Below are positions 17,999 to 25,971 of a DNA stretch of 34,245 nucleotides, piece after piece (position 1 is the first letter of the stretch; each line of letters begins with the position of its first letter). A model generated the notes under the pieces. It was not told the origin of the DNA. It did no database searches and saw nothing but the letters and a program-made list of their open reading frames with translations. Source of the DNA: a virus (lineage: Duplodnaviria; Caudoviricetes); the IMG/VR virus record IMGVR_UViG_3300033067_000171, positions 1-34,245 of that record; one strand, given 5' to 3'. The position numbers and the translations under genes are program-made.

Positions 17999-18483
17999 TG
18001 TCCGCTATTGAAGTTAACCCACCATATCCAGTCTTCGCAGACATTGATGGTCAACCTCTTGAGGCTGGCTACATATGGATTGGAGCTGCAAATCTAGACC
18101 CTCAGACAAACCCGATCAACGTTTATTGGGATGCAGAGCTGACTATTTCAGCGCCTCAACCGATCCGCACACTTGGTGGCTACCCATCACGCAACGGAAC
18201 GCCTGCTCGTTTCTATGTTGGTGCAAATTACAGCATCCGAGTGATGAATAGAAATGGCAGCACGATTTATTCTGCTCTGACTGATAACTTGGCTGGAAAT
18301 GGATTCACTGCATCCAATGCAACGGGCGACGGTTCTCAAACCATATTTGCCGTGTCTTCTGCGCCAAAAGAGATTTTTATCAATGGCGTATATCAGAATC
18401 AAAACACCTACACAGTGGCTAGTGGGAATGTAACATTCTCAGAAGCGCCGCCATTCAACTCAACCATTGAGTTTTTGATCTAA
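17998..18483 (+). CDS. Tailspike head-binding/adaptor protein
   Basis: PYPVFADIDGQPLEAGYIWIG..NLDP..NPINVYWD..QPIRT.GGY resembles the P22 tailspike head-binding domain. Confidence 0.75.
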   Translation: MSAIEVNPPYPVFADIDGQPLEAGYIWIGAANLDPQTNPINVYWDAELTISAPQPIRTLGGYPSRNGTPARFYVGANYSIRVMNRNGSTIYSALTDNLAGNGFTASNATGDGSQTIFAVSSAPKEIFINGVYQNQNTYTVASGNVTFSEAPPFNSTIEFLI

Positions 18484-18493
18484 GGAGATAACC

Positions 18494-18949
18494 ATGTTGA
18501 AAACTGTTGGGAATCCATCAACGCGCTACGGAGATCAGACCATCGTTGATGGCGATCTTGTCATTGGGACAGCAGGTAATGGCATTGATTTTTCTGCCAA
18601 TGCAAACCTGCCAGGCGTAACAAAAGAAGTGCTCGATGACTATGAAGAAGGCACCTGGACAGTCACTTGGACAGGTTTGACAGGAACACCGACAAACTTA
18701 ACCGGCTATTACACCAAGATTGGTCGTGTTGTTTATTTCACTTATGCCACTGGTGCTGGTGCAATTTCTGGAACCGCTGGAAATGTTTATTTCAATCTTC
18801 CATTCACGCCAGCTCAACAAGGTGTTGGAACATCAATCGCAGAAGGCCCAGGAACACCGACTTTGAATTGGCTCTACACAAACGGTAGATGCTATCCAAT
18901 GGGATTCGGTGCTGCATATATGGTCTTCACAGGCACTTACATTGTTTAA
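18494..18949 (+). CDS. Tail fibre/receptor-binding accessory protein
   Basis: AAGGAG RBS; GIDFSA..LDDYEEGTWT and GYYTKIGRVV motifs typical of phage fibre C-terminal domains. Confidence 0.7.
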   Translation: MLKTVGNPSTRYGDQTIVDGDLVIGTAGNGIDFSANANLPGVTKEVLDDYEEGTWTVTWTGLTGTPTNLTGYYTKIGRVVYFTYATGAGAISGTAGNVYFNLPFTPAQQGVGTSIAEGPGTPTLNWLYTNGRCYPMGFGAAYMVFTGTYIV

Positions 18950-18958
18950 GGAACACGC

Positions 18959-20320
18959 ATGAGCCTGACTAAAGTTTCCTACTCAATGATTCAAGGCGCT
19001 CCGTTCAACGTCCTTGATTACGGGGCAGACCCGACTGGTGTGTCTGACTCTGCTGCTGCCATTCAAGCTGCAATCACAGCGGCCTCTGCTTCCGTTGCTG
19101 GCTCAACAGGAGCTGTGGTGTACCTTCCGACAGGCACATACCTCATCGGGACAACGATCACTTTGCCAAATCGTGTTGGTTTGCAAGGTGCGAACGGTCG
19201 AGGCACGACAATCAAGCCGCACCCGTCGTTTTCGTCACAGTACATGTTCCACGCATCCAACGGAACAAGCTCCATGTTTGCATCTTGGATTCGTGACATG
19301 TTCATTGATGCGCGTGGGAAGAACATGACTGCTGTCGTGTATTCACAGGCATGGCAAGAAACGTGCGGCATGGATCGAGTGCTGATCTACTTTGACGGCA
19401 CGACGCCAATCGGATTTTTGTATTCTGATGGGTACGGTGGCGCTGCACTGCTGAAGCTGTCCGATATGGAAATCTTCGCTGATTCGACTGCGGCATTTTC
19501 TAAAGGTATTCAGGTCAATCAAATTTCACTGGTGGGGTCGTTTGTTTTAATGCTGAACAACTCCACAATCGCAGGATCTTCTGCAAATAAACTAGGTCTT
19601 GGCATCAACATTGTTGGCGACTCGTTGCTTATTCAAGGATGCCACTTTGAGGACATTCTCGACACGTGCGTTCAGATGGGTGGCCCCGGCCATTTGTCTG
19701 CTGACACTCTTACTGGATCATCGACGTATGTGAACAACATGATTGCGTTTGGGTCTGGCTTCACTGGTTTCGCAAACTTGCGAAACATCAACCCAAACGG
19801 CGCTGTTGGACTTGTCGTTGATGACAACGTGACAGGTCGAGACATTCCTGCAAGTGAAGGATTCCTGCCTGAGTACGTTTATCAGCCTTCGGCTTTTTCT
19901 GTTGGCTTATCTGCTGACTTGAACAACGTCACTGGCAACGGAACCGAATACACGATTCTGTGTGACACAGAAATCTACGATTACTTGAACCAGTACAACC
20001 CTGCCACTGGAAGATTCACAGTGAACAGGACTGGCAAGTATTTGCTGAGTTGCTGTGTCAAGTTAAATGTGCCGAATGGCTCCACGACTGCCGTTGTTCG
20101 GATTGCAACGTCCAATAAGACTTATGAGGTCTACCGTGGGAGTTTTGCAAACCAGCGCGACACTTCTGGAAACGTCACTGTAAATGGAGCTGTGATAGCT
20201 GACATGGACACAAACGATTTTGCATTCATTCAAGTTGTCGTTGCTGGCATAGGCGCAGACACCGTTGATGTACTTGCATCTGACGGCGCGGTGTTCAGTG
20301 GACAGTGGCTTTCTCGTTAA
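18959..20320 (+). CDS. Tailspike / pectate-lyase-like beta-helix receptor-binding protein with a C1q-like C-terminal region
   Basis: NVLDYGADPTG.SDSAAAIQAAI and VYLPTGTYLI; C-terminal YNPATGRFT...GKYL...FSG pattern. Confidence 0.8.
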   Translation: MSLTKVSYSMIQGAPFNVLDYGADPTGVSDSAAAIQAAITAASASVAGSTGAVVYLPTGTYLIGTTITLPNRVGLQGANGRGTTIKPHPSFSSQYMFHASNGTSSMFASWIRDMFIDARGKNMTAVVYSQAWQETCGMDRVLIYFDGTTPIGFLYSDGYGGAALLKLSDMEIFADSTAAFSKGIQVNQISLVGSFVLMLNNSTIAGSSANKLGLGINIVGDSLLIQGCHFEDILDTCVQMGGPGHLSADTLTGSSTYVNNMIAFGSGFTGFANLRNINPNGAVGLVVDDNVTGRDIPASEGFLPEYVYQPSAFSVGLSADLNNVTGNGTEYTILCDTEIYDYLNQYNPATGRFTVNRTGKYLLSCCVKLNVPNGSTTAVVRIATSNKTYEVYRGSFANQRDTSGNVTVNGAVIADMDTNDFAFIQVVVAGIGADTVDVLASDGAVFSGQWLSR

Positions 20321-20338
20321 TTTCTGAAAGGAACAATC

Positions 20339-20692
20339 ATGGCAACAAACAGCCAAATCGCATTCAACCCACAAGGCAAGACCGTCGTCGTGGCGGCTGC
20401 AGGCACAGCCCCAACGGGCGTGCAAGCTCCTGTCTTTGAGAAGTTCAACGCTCAAGCCACAGGCCAGTACCGCTTCGTCAACGCAGGCTCGAACACCGTG
20501 TTTTTGGGCACTGGCCCGACCGCTGCACTGGCCCAGGCTGCTGCCGTTGCACCAGTTGCTGGCACGCCTTCGGACGCCATCGTCCTTGTGCCAGGCGCAG
20601 TGGAAATCCTGCGCTTCAACAAAGACACCTTCTTCAGCGGTCTGGCCTCTGGCGCGACCACCGTCTACGTCACGCCTGGTGAAGGCATTTAA
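20339..20692 (+). CDS. Hypothetical (probably structural) protein
   Basis: AAGGA RBS; 117 aa ending VYVTPGEGI. Confidence 0.7.
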   Translation: MATNSQIAFNPQGKTVVVAAAGTAPTGVQAPVFEKFNAQATGQYRFVNAGSNTVFLGTGPTAALAQAAAVAPVAGTPSDAIVLVPGAVEILRFNKDTFFSGLASGATTVYVTPGEGI

Positions 20693-20709
20693 TGTTGGAG
20701 GCTGACGTC

Positions 20710-20922
20710 ATGTCGGATGGGAACGAGATCGACCTGGTGAAGTACGGCGTCCTCTGGCAGAAAGTCCAGGACATGGATCGCAAGGTCGACAAAATGGAGC
20801 ACCAACTCGAAGAGCTGCTGGCCCTGGCCAATCGCTCCAAGGGTGGTCTTTGGATTGGCATGAGTATCGCCTCGGTGTTTTCGGCCTTTGTTGGCTTTGT
20901 GGCCAGCCACTGGAAAAGCTGA
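20710..20922 (+). CDS. Small coiled-coil protein with a C-terminal TM helix (holin/XhlA-like lysis accessory)
   Basis: GGAGG RBS at 20697; coiled coil then GGLWIGMSIASVFSAFVGFVA; coupled to the endolysin. Confidence 0.6.
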   Translation: MSDGNEIDLVKYGVLWQKVQDMDRKVDKMEHQLEELLALANRSKGGLWIGMSIASVFSAFVGFVASHWKS

Positions 20923-21299
20923 TGTACAAGCTCGGCGCACGTTCAAAGCAGAGACTCAAAGGCGTGCACGATGACCTGGTGAAGGTTGTCGAGCGTGCCA
21001 TTGAGATCACCACCGTGGACTTCACTGTCCTGGAAGGCTTGCGCGATCCTGAACGCCAGAAGACGCTGATGGAGTCCGGTGCAAGCCAGACCCTCAACTC
21101 GCGTCACATCACCGGCCACGCGGTCGATCTTGGGGCTTGGGTGGACAACCAGGTGGATTGGTCTTGGCCTCTGTATCACAAGATCGCGGCAGCCATGAAA
21201 GAGGCGGCAAGGCAGGTAAATGTTCCAATTGAGTGGGGTGGTGACTGGAAGATGAAGGACGGGCCACACTGGCAGCTACCTTGGAAAGACTATCCCTGA
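20922..21299 (+). CDS. Endolysin, M15 family L-Ala-D-Glu peptidase-like
   Basis: EGLR...RQ, SRHITGHAVD (SxHxxGxAxD) and WGGDW..DGPHWQL. Confidence 0.9.
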   Translation: MYKLGARSKQRLKGVHDDLVKVVERAIEITTVDFTVLEGLRDPERQKTLMESGASQTLNSRHITGHAVDLGAWVDNQVDWSWPLYHKIAAAMKEAARQVNVPIEWGGDWKMKDGPHWQLPWKDYP

Positions 21300-21751
21300 A
21301 GATGCTTCCAAGTCTTGCCAAGCACCAGCCCACGAATATTGGCTGATGTCACACCAAACTCACGTGCAAGCGAAGAATGCAGGCCATACTTTTTTGTTGC
21401 GGTATGCCATCGGTGCAAAATTTCAATGACCTGTTGTTCGGTCAGTTTTGCAGTATTGACCTTCTCGCCTTTTGTGTTGCGACCTTTGGCCATCGCATCA
21501 TGATGGTTTTGTTTTGGCGTTCCGAGAAACAAATGGTCAGGGTTGCAGCACAGAGGTGTATCGCAAGTGTGGCAAACCAAATAGCCTTTTGGAATAGGCT
21601 GCCTGGTGACCAATGTAATGATCAGTCGATGCACGCGCCATGGTTTGTGATCAACGTACACCCGACCGTATCCATCTGACATGACATTACCTTGCCAAAT
21701 CATGCAGTCTCCATTACGCTTTGTGTTGTTGAGCAACTCGCCAAGTTTCAT
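21290..21751 (-). CDS. Free-standing HNH homing endonuclease with a C-terminal HTH
   Basis: CMIWQG...GYG...RVHR...VCHTCDTPLCCNPDHLFLGT.KQNHHD; AKLTEQQV...LAREFGVT; antisense and AT-richer than neighbours. Confidence 0.9.
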   Translation of the reverse strand: MKLGELLNNTKRNGDCMIWQGNVMSDGYGRVYVDHKPWRVHRLIITLVTRQPIPKGYLVCHTCDTPLCCNPDHLFLGTPKQNHHDAMAKGRNTKGEKVNTAKLTEQQVIEILHRWHTATKKYGLHSSLAREFGVTSANIRGLVLGKTWKHLQG

Positions 21752-21811
21752 TTTGCACTTTTAGAAAATTGATTGTGGTTCACTTTAAACTAAACAAGAA
21801 TTGGAGTCAAT

Positions 21812-22222
21812 ATGTGGCAAGCACTTATCCCCGTGATCGGCACCATCCTTGAGAAGGTGCTGCCCGACCCACAAGCCAGCGCAGACGCCAAGATCAGGCT
21901 GATGGAGTTGGCCCAGAAAGGCGAGCTGGCTGTGCTGGACGCAGAGACCAAACTGGCGCTTGGCCAACTTGAGGTAAACAAGGTCGAGGCTGGCACCGAC
22001 ATGTTCCGTGGCGGCTGGCGTCCAGCGACCGGCTGGGCGTGTGTTTTCGGCTTGGTGTACCAGTTCCTCATCCAGCCGCTTTTGCCGTGGCTGGTGGTTG
22101 TTTGTGGAGGCTCTGTGCCACCTTTGCCACCAATCGACAATGAGACCCTGATGGTCTTGCTGACAGGCATGTTGGGCCTTGGTGGACTTCGCACTTTTGA
22201 GCGCATCAAAGGGAAAGCCTGA
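21812..22222 (+). CDS. Holin (3TM/GTA-holin-like)
   Basis: NKVEA...GGWRPATGW, hydrophobic segments and GMLGLGGLRTFERIKG. Confidence 0.85.
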   Translation: MWQALIPVIGTILEKVLPDPQASADAKIRLMELAQKGELAVLDAETKLALGQLEVNKVEAGTDMFRGGWRPATGWACVFGLVYQFLIQPLLPWLVVVCGGSVPPLPPIDNETLMVLLTGMLGLGGLRTFERIKGKA

Positions 22223-22255
22223 TTGCAAGTTGTCTCCAGCTGCTTCGGCAGCCTT

Positions 22256-22281
22256 GCCCGGTCTCTGTGCCGGGCTTTTTT
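22256..22281 (+). terminator. Intrinsic terminator at the end of the late operon
   Basis: GCCCGGT-CTCTGT-GCCGGGC followed by TTTTTT. Confidence 0.8.
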
Positions 22282-22283
22282 CT

Positions 22284-22499
22284 ATGACCGACGTTTCCGA
22301 CCAAGCAACCATCCGAGAAGAACAAGAGCGCGAGGCCTGCCTGCGCACCGCCAGGGAGCCTCACCAGCGTTTGCAGCCGACTGGCCTGTGCCACTACTGC
22401 GAAGAGCCTGTGGATGGCGACAGACGCTTTTGTGGGCCTGAGTGCAGGGATATGTGGCAGGCAGATACAAACGCTAGGCGTCGTGCTGGTCAGGCGTAA
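22284..22499 (+). CDS. TraR/DksA-like Zn-finger small protein
   Basis: MTDVSDQA (DxxDxA) plus CHYC...RRFCGPEC. Confidence 0.65.
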   Translation: MTDVSDQATIREEQEREACLRTAREPHQRLQPTGLCHYCEEPVDGDRRFCGPECRDMWQADTNARRRAGQA

Positions 22500-22714
22500 C
22501 CGTCCATCATGAACTTGTGCTTAGCTTCTTCCAATGCACCAAGCACAAACAATCGATCTGACGCACTTGACGACTTGATCTTGAACTGACCGCGATCTTT
22601 CCAAAATGCCAGAACGATCACTGTGTCTGGTGCCTCATCCATTGCCTCTTGCAGCATTGCTTTAGCGTTTGCCTTGTGATGATCTGGAATTTCCAGCGTT
22701 TTGATCTTGCTCAC
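22490..22714 (-). CDS. Hypothetical early protein
   Basis: GGAGG RBS, GTG start overlapping the upstream stop (MSKIKTLEIPD...). Confidence 0.6.
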   Translation of the reverse strand: MSKIKTLEIPDHHKANAKAMLQEAMDEAPDTVIVLAFWKDRGQFKIKSSSASDRLFVLGALEEAKHKFMMDGYA

Positions 22715-22917
22715 TTGGACACCTCCTTGGCCACACTCATCCCGCTTAGGAAAATGGCTGCCAAAGCCTGCTGGAATGTGCATCCACCGTTTGTCATTGT
22801 GGTGAAAATGTCGATGGCCTCATGCTCAATAAACTCTCGCTGCTCACGGGATCCGAGTCGAGCGACAGACATGCCGCGTGGGTTTTGATTAGCCATTGTT
22901 GGCTTGAGTTGGCTCAC
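22711..22917 (-). CDS. Hypothetical early protein
   Basis: Overlapping-gene chain with an AGGAGG RBS. Confidence 0.6.
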   Translation of the reverse strand: MSQLKPTMANQNPRGMSVARLGSREQREFIEHEAIDIFTTMTNGGCTFQQALAAIFLSGMSVAKEVSK

Positions 22918-23138
22918 TGCATCCTCCTTTGAATCTCAGCTGGATCGACGTGCATCATTTGCTGGAAATACACGGCAAACGATGCTTTGGTGTCTGTGTC
23001 CATCGGCATCTGGTGCAGTCTGTCCAGCAGCTCTGTAAGTGCTGAATTCCACCCAGACGCAAAAACCCACTTAGCGGCGTCTTGTGGAGACAGGACAAGA
23101 TCACCATACAGCTGGTCGAAGTGTTGAAGCGCGTCCAT
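22914..23138 (-). CDS. Hypothetical early protein
   Basis: Translationally coupled chain. Confidence 0.6.
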   Translation of the reverse strand: MDALQHFDQLYGDLVLSPQDAAKWVFASGWNSALTELLDRLHQMPMDTDTKASFAVYFQQMMHVDPAEIQRRMQ

Positions 23139-23398
23139 CAGTACGCCTCCTCAGTCATGGCCTCTGCGATCTCCTGCTCGATGCGCTGGCGGTCGTCGTC
23201 GGTGAGTTTGCGCTCCAGCCAGGCAGCCGGACGGCCTCGGCGGTCGAGCACGTCCCACTCGCTTTCCGTGTAGCCGTAATAGTCCATGTCGCTGGCTGCG
23301 TTGTAGGAGTACGACCCGCGCACGCAGTCGAAGTGCGACACACCAATCAGGCAAGGAATGCCAGCCACCCGGCTTTCGATCTCTGCGATGTAGATCAT
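23138..23398 (-). CDS. Hypothetical acidic early protein
   Basis: Coupled chain; SDMDYYGY..WDVLDRRGR.A.WLERK. Confidence 0.7.
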   Translation of the reverse strand: MIYIAEIESRVAGIPCLIGVSHFDCVRGSYSYNAASDMDYYGYTESEWDVLDRRGRPAAWLERKLTDDDRQRIEQEIAEAMTEEAY

Positions 23399-23589
23399 GT
23401 CGTCACCTTCAGGCAGTCTTCATCTTCTTGGCCATTGGCATACACGTTGATCGTGTGGCTGTGGCCATCCACGTCGGTGATGACGATCTCGCGCACCCAG
23501 AATGGGCTGGTCTCGCTGTCGTGGAATCGGCGTTCACCGATCTCGATCTTGGCCACTTTGTGGACGCTGGTCTCGGTTCTCATTTGCAC
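23395..23589 (-). CDS. Hypothetical early protein
   Basis: Coupled chain; start may be 23583. Confidence 0.6.
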   Translation of the reverse strand: MQMRTETSVHKVAKIEIGERRFHDSETSPFWVREIVITDVDGHSHTINVYANGQEDEDCLKVTT

Positions 23590-23771
23590 ACCCCTTCACC
23601 GTTGTAGGCAGGCCAGCCTGCTTGGCCCTTGGTCTGCTTCCAGAGCTTGACCATTTCGCAATACTGCTCGGCCTGGCGCTGCTCTTCTTCCATGTCGGAC
23701 TGGCCGACGATTCCCATGGCGATGATCAGGCCGATGGCGGCCAGGATGACGTGGTAGCGTTTGAGTTGCAT
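23580..23771 (-). CDS. Small membrane-anchored protein
   Basis: AAGGAG RBS; N-terminal hydrophobic helix, then YCEMVKLW...GWPAY. Confidence 0.7.
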   Translation of the reverse strand: MQLKRYHVILAAIGLIIAMGIVGQSDMEEEQRQAEQYCEMVKLWKQTKGQAGWPAYNGEGVCK

Positions 23772-23781
23772 GTCGGTCTCC

Positions 23782-23931
23782 TTAAATCTTGAACTCGTGG
23801 GTTTTGAGGAAGGCGATTTCTTCCGGTGTTGCCAGGCACACGGCCATCATGTGCTTTTGCAGGTAGGTTTGCAGCTTGGCCCGGTTGGCCGGTGTTGGGC
23901 ACTTGCGGAAGGTTTCGATCAGCTTGTTCAT
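23782..23931 (-). CDS. Hypothetical protein (49 aa), first gene after the internal early promoter
   Basis: AAGGAG RBS; MNKLIETFRKCPTPANRAKL... Confidence 0.65.
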   Translation of the reverse strand: MNKLIETFRKCPTPANRAKLQTYLQKHMMAVCLATPEEIAFLKTHEFKI

Positions 23932-23957
23932 GGTGGCTCCTTGGTTGCGATGACCAC

Positions 23958-23985
23958 ATCTTACCACAAACACCCACAAACACAA
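23958..23985 (-). promoter_or_regulatory. Leftward sigma70 promoter with direct repeats
   Basis: Minus strand TTGTGT-16nt-TAAGAT with extended -10 TGTGG; CCACAAACA repeated at 23964 and 23974. Confidence 0.65.
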
Positions 23986-24001
23986 GCATTAGGACAAACC
24001 C

Positions 24002-24490
24002 TTACAAATCGCAGATTTCCACGTCATGCGGTCGCTTCTTGCCGTCGAGGATGTTTTGGATTCGCTGCTCTGTCAGCCGGTGGCAGCGCACCATCGTCCT
24101 GGCTGGCAGCACGTCCAGCAGCTCGGAATAGTCCCGCAGGATGGAGCGCACGGCCACAATGCCAGCACCGTCCAGCCGCAGGGTCTTGCCTTCCTTGCTG
24201 CGCTTTCCTGCCGTGGCCAGCGCGGTGATGGCGTCCATCAGAAGGCCACTGTCGTCCTGGCAGACCTTCATCTCCAGCACCAGCGTCTCGACCAGGTTGA
24301 CGGCATCCGACACGACGCGCCAGTCGTCCGGTGTTGGATTGTCGGCCTGCTCAAGGTTGCTCAGGCCTGCGTACATCCTGGTGAGCTGATAGGTGCGCCA
24401 CTGCTGCGGCAATGGCTCTGTCGGGCTGGCGGCCAGCTCATCCAGCAATGTGTACCGCTTTTGCCTTGGCTGTCGCTTGCGCTTTTTCAC
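24002..24490 (-). CDS. Hypothetical protein
   Basis: GTG start overlapping the upstream stop; 162 aa helical. Confidence 0.7.
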   Translation of the reverse strand: MKKRKRQPRQKRYTLLDELAASPTEPLPQQWRTYQLTRMYAGLSNLEQADNPTPDDWRVVSDAVNLVETLVLEMKVCQDDSGLLMDAITALATAGKRSKEGKTLRLDGAGIVAVRSILRDYSELLDVLPARTMVRCHRLTEQRIQNILDGKKRPHDVEICDL

Positions 24491-25038
24491 ACGAACTTCT
24501 CCAGCTCTGGCGCACGGTAGTTCGGGCCTTTCCCGATCTTGCCGCCTGGCAGGATGACCGGCTTGCCATCCACCAGCTTGGACTCGTTGCTGGCCAGCAC
24601 TTCCTGGTCGGCTCCGTTCTTGTCAAACCCAGCCAGGTAAGCGATGCCGTTGCCGGTTACCTCGGTATCGCACAATGCATCCAGTGCGTGCACCTCCTTG
24701 CCGGTCTTGATGAATGCCTGCGTGATGCCTTTTTTCAGGCTGGTGGCGATCAGACGCAGATCGTCCGACAGGCATTCCAGCGAGTTGGTGTCCTCGGCGC
24801 AGTCTGTATCGATGCACTCCAGCAGCTCGACCATTTCCTCGAAATGCACACCGATCTGGACTGACAGGTGCGCAGGGTTCAGCTGCTCCTTGCCGCAGGC
24901 CTTAAGCCAGGCCGCTGTGCGCTCAAAGTTGCTGGCTTGGGCCTCGGATACCAGTCGCTCGTTGCGTGCCCGTAAAAGCCGGTTCTCGTACTCCAACTCG
25001 GCCACCAGCATGTCCAACTTCATCTCGTCTTCTGTCAT
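24487..25038 (-). CDS. MazG-like NTP pyrophosphohydrolase
   Basis: HFEEMVEL, LDALCDTEVT, EVLASNESK and GKIGKGPNY..PEL. Confidence 0.8.
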   Translation of the reverse strand: MTEDEMKLDMLVAELEYENRLLRARNERLVSEAQASNFERTAAWLKACGKEQLNPAHLSVQIGVHFEEMVELLECIDTDCAEDTNSLECLSDDLRLIATSLKKGITQAFIKTGKEVHALDALCDTEVTGNGIAYLAGFDKNGADQEVLASNESKLVDGKPVILPGGKIGKGPNYRAPELEKFV

Positions 25039-25301
25039 GTGTTTTTCTCCAGCATGCTTTTGACTTCCTCATACACATCATTGCGCACGGGGTTGTCGGC
25101 TTCACGCTTGTCCCACCCTGCGTAGCGCATCTCAGTTTCGCAGCATTGCAGTAAGTCATACATTTCGCGCAAGCAGTCCGCAGCCTTGCCATGCAATGGC
25201 CACTGCATTTTTTTTTCCAGCATGGCGGCAAGGCGTAGAGGCTTTGGCATCTTGCCAACGCGCAGCAGTTCTTCAGTGTCTTGTTCGGATGCGTAGGTCA
25301 T
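25035..25301 (-). CDS. Hypothetical protein
   Basis: ATGA-coupled chain. Confidence 0.6.
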   Translation of the reverse strand: MTYASEQDTEELLRVGKMPKPLRLAAMLEKKMQWPLHGKAADCLREMYDLLQCCETEMRYAGWDKREADNPVRNDVYEEVKSMLEKNT

Positions 25302-25450
25302 GGCTTGAACTCCAAAATGCTGATCTGTTTCTCAACCCGGTCAAAAAAAACTGCCAGAGCAGGTCGAGACCCGCATCCGGCAGCCTTGCACACGGCCAAG
25401 TGCATGGCCGATGGCTTGCAGTACGCAAGCAGGATGTGCCGCTTGTCCAT
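25298..25450 (-). CDS. Hypothetical protein (50 aa)
   Basis: MDKRHILLAYCKP...; TGATG overlap with the upstream ORF. Confidence 0.5.
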   Translation of the reverse strand: MDKRHILLAYCKPSAMHLAVCKAAGCGSRPALAVFFDRVEKQISILEFKP

Positions 25451-25578
25451 CAGTACCTCCAGATGGTCATATCGACCACCCACAGGCTCAAGATGAACTC
25501 GTTGTTGTTGATGCCAACAGCGAAGAATGGCCAGCGACGCTTGAACCACTCTACGTCGAACTGCCAGCCTCGCTTCAT
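25450..25578 (-). CDS. Small Trp/Phe-rich hypothetical protein (42 aa)
   Basis: MKRGWQFDVEWFKRRWPFFAVGINNNEFILSLWVVDMTIWRY; ATGA overlap with the Arc-like gene. Confidence 0.55.
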   Translation of the reverse strand: MKRGWQFDVEWFKRRWPFFAVGINNNEFILSLWVVDMTIWRY

Positions 25579-25727
25579 GCTTTCACCTTCTCAAGGCCTT
25601 GTTTCAGGAAGTGCAGCACCTGGGCAGACAGGCTGCGAGTGTTGCGCTCGGCTTCGGCCTTGAGCTTGGCCATGATGTCGTCCGGCAGGCGGACGGTCAC
25701 GTATTGGCGTTTGTTTCCAGTGCTCAT
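25575..25727 (-). CDS. Arc/Mnt-family ribbon-helix-helix regulator (50 aa), absent from the ORF track
   Basis: GGAGG RBS; QYVTVRLPDDIMAKLKAEAERNTRSLSAQVLHFL. Confidence 0.85.
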   Translation of the reverse strand: MSTGNKRQYVTVRLPDDIMAKLKAEAERNTRSLSAQVLHFLKQGLEKVKA

Positions 25728-25951
25728 GCTGCCTCCTTTGCATCCTCGAACATGTCCATCGTGGCTTGGCTGCCAGCAGGCTCGACAGGGATACCGGCCT
25801 GCAGCAGGCTCACCAGATCATCCTGGCCAGCGACCTCGATGTCGAATTGGGTCTGGGCGGCGTGCCGGATGGCCTGGGCCTGGTTGCCTGCGCGAATAAG
25901 GCGGTGTTTGTTGGTCTCCACGTCGGTGACCAGGTAGATGCGTGTGCTCAT
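25724..25951 (-). CDS. Hypothetical protein
   Basis: GGAG RBS; RIYLV...RLIRA.NQAQAIRH. Confidence 0.7.
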   Translation of the reverse strand: MSTRIYLVTDVETNKHRLIRAGNQAQAIRHAAQTQFDIEVAGQDDLVSLLQAGIPVEPAGSQATMDMFEDAKEAA

Positions 25952-25971
25952 TTTTGCTCCGTTTGGGTTGA

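Noticed and set aside
17998-20320. Diversity-generating retroelement targeting the tail fibre
   Set aside because: No reverse transcriptase and no TR/VR repeat pair seen
21290-21811. Possible group I intron around the HNH gene
   Set aside because: Endolysin and holin are each intact, the HNH is antisense, and there is no room for a ribozyme core
25208-25350. T9 and A8 homopolymers in small early ORFs
   Set aside because: Short A/T runs encoding EKK and VFF; weak evidence for programmed slippage
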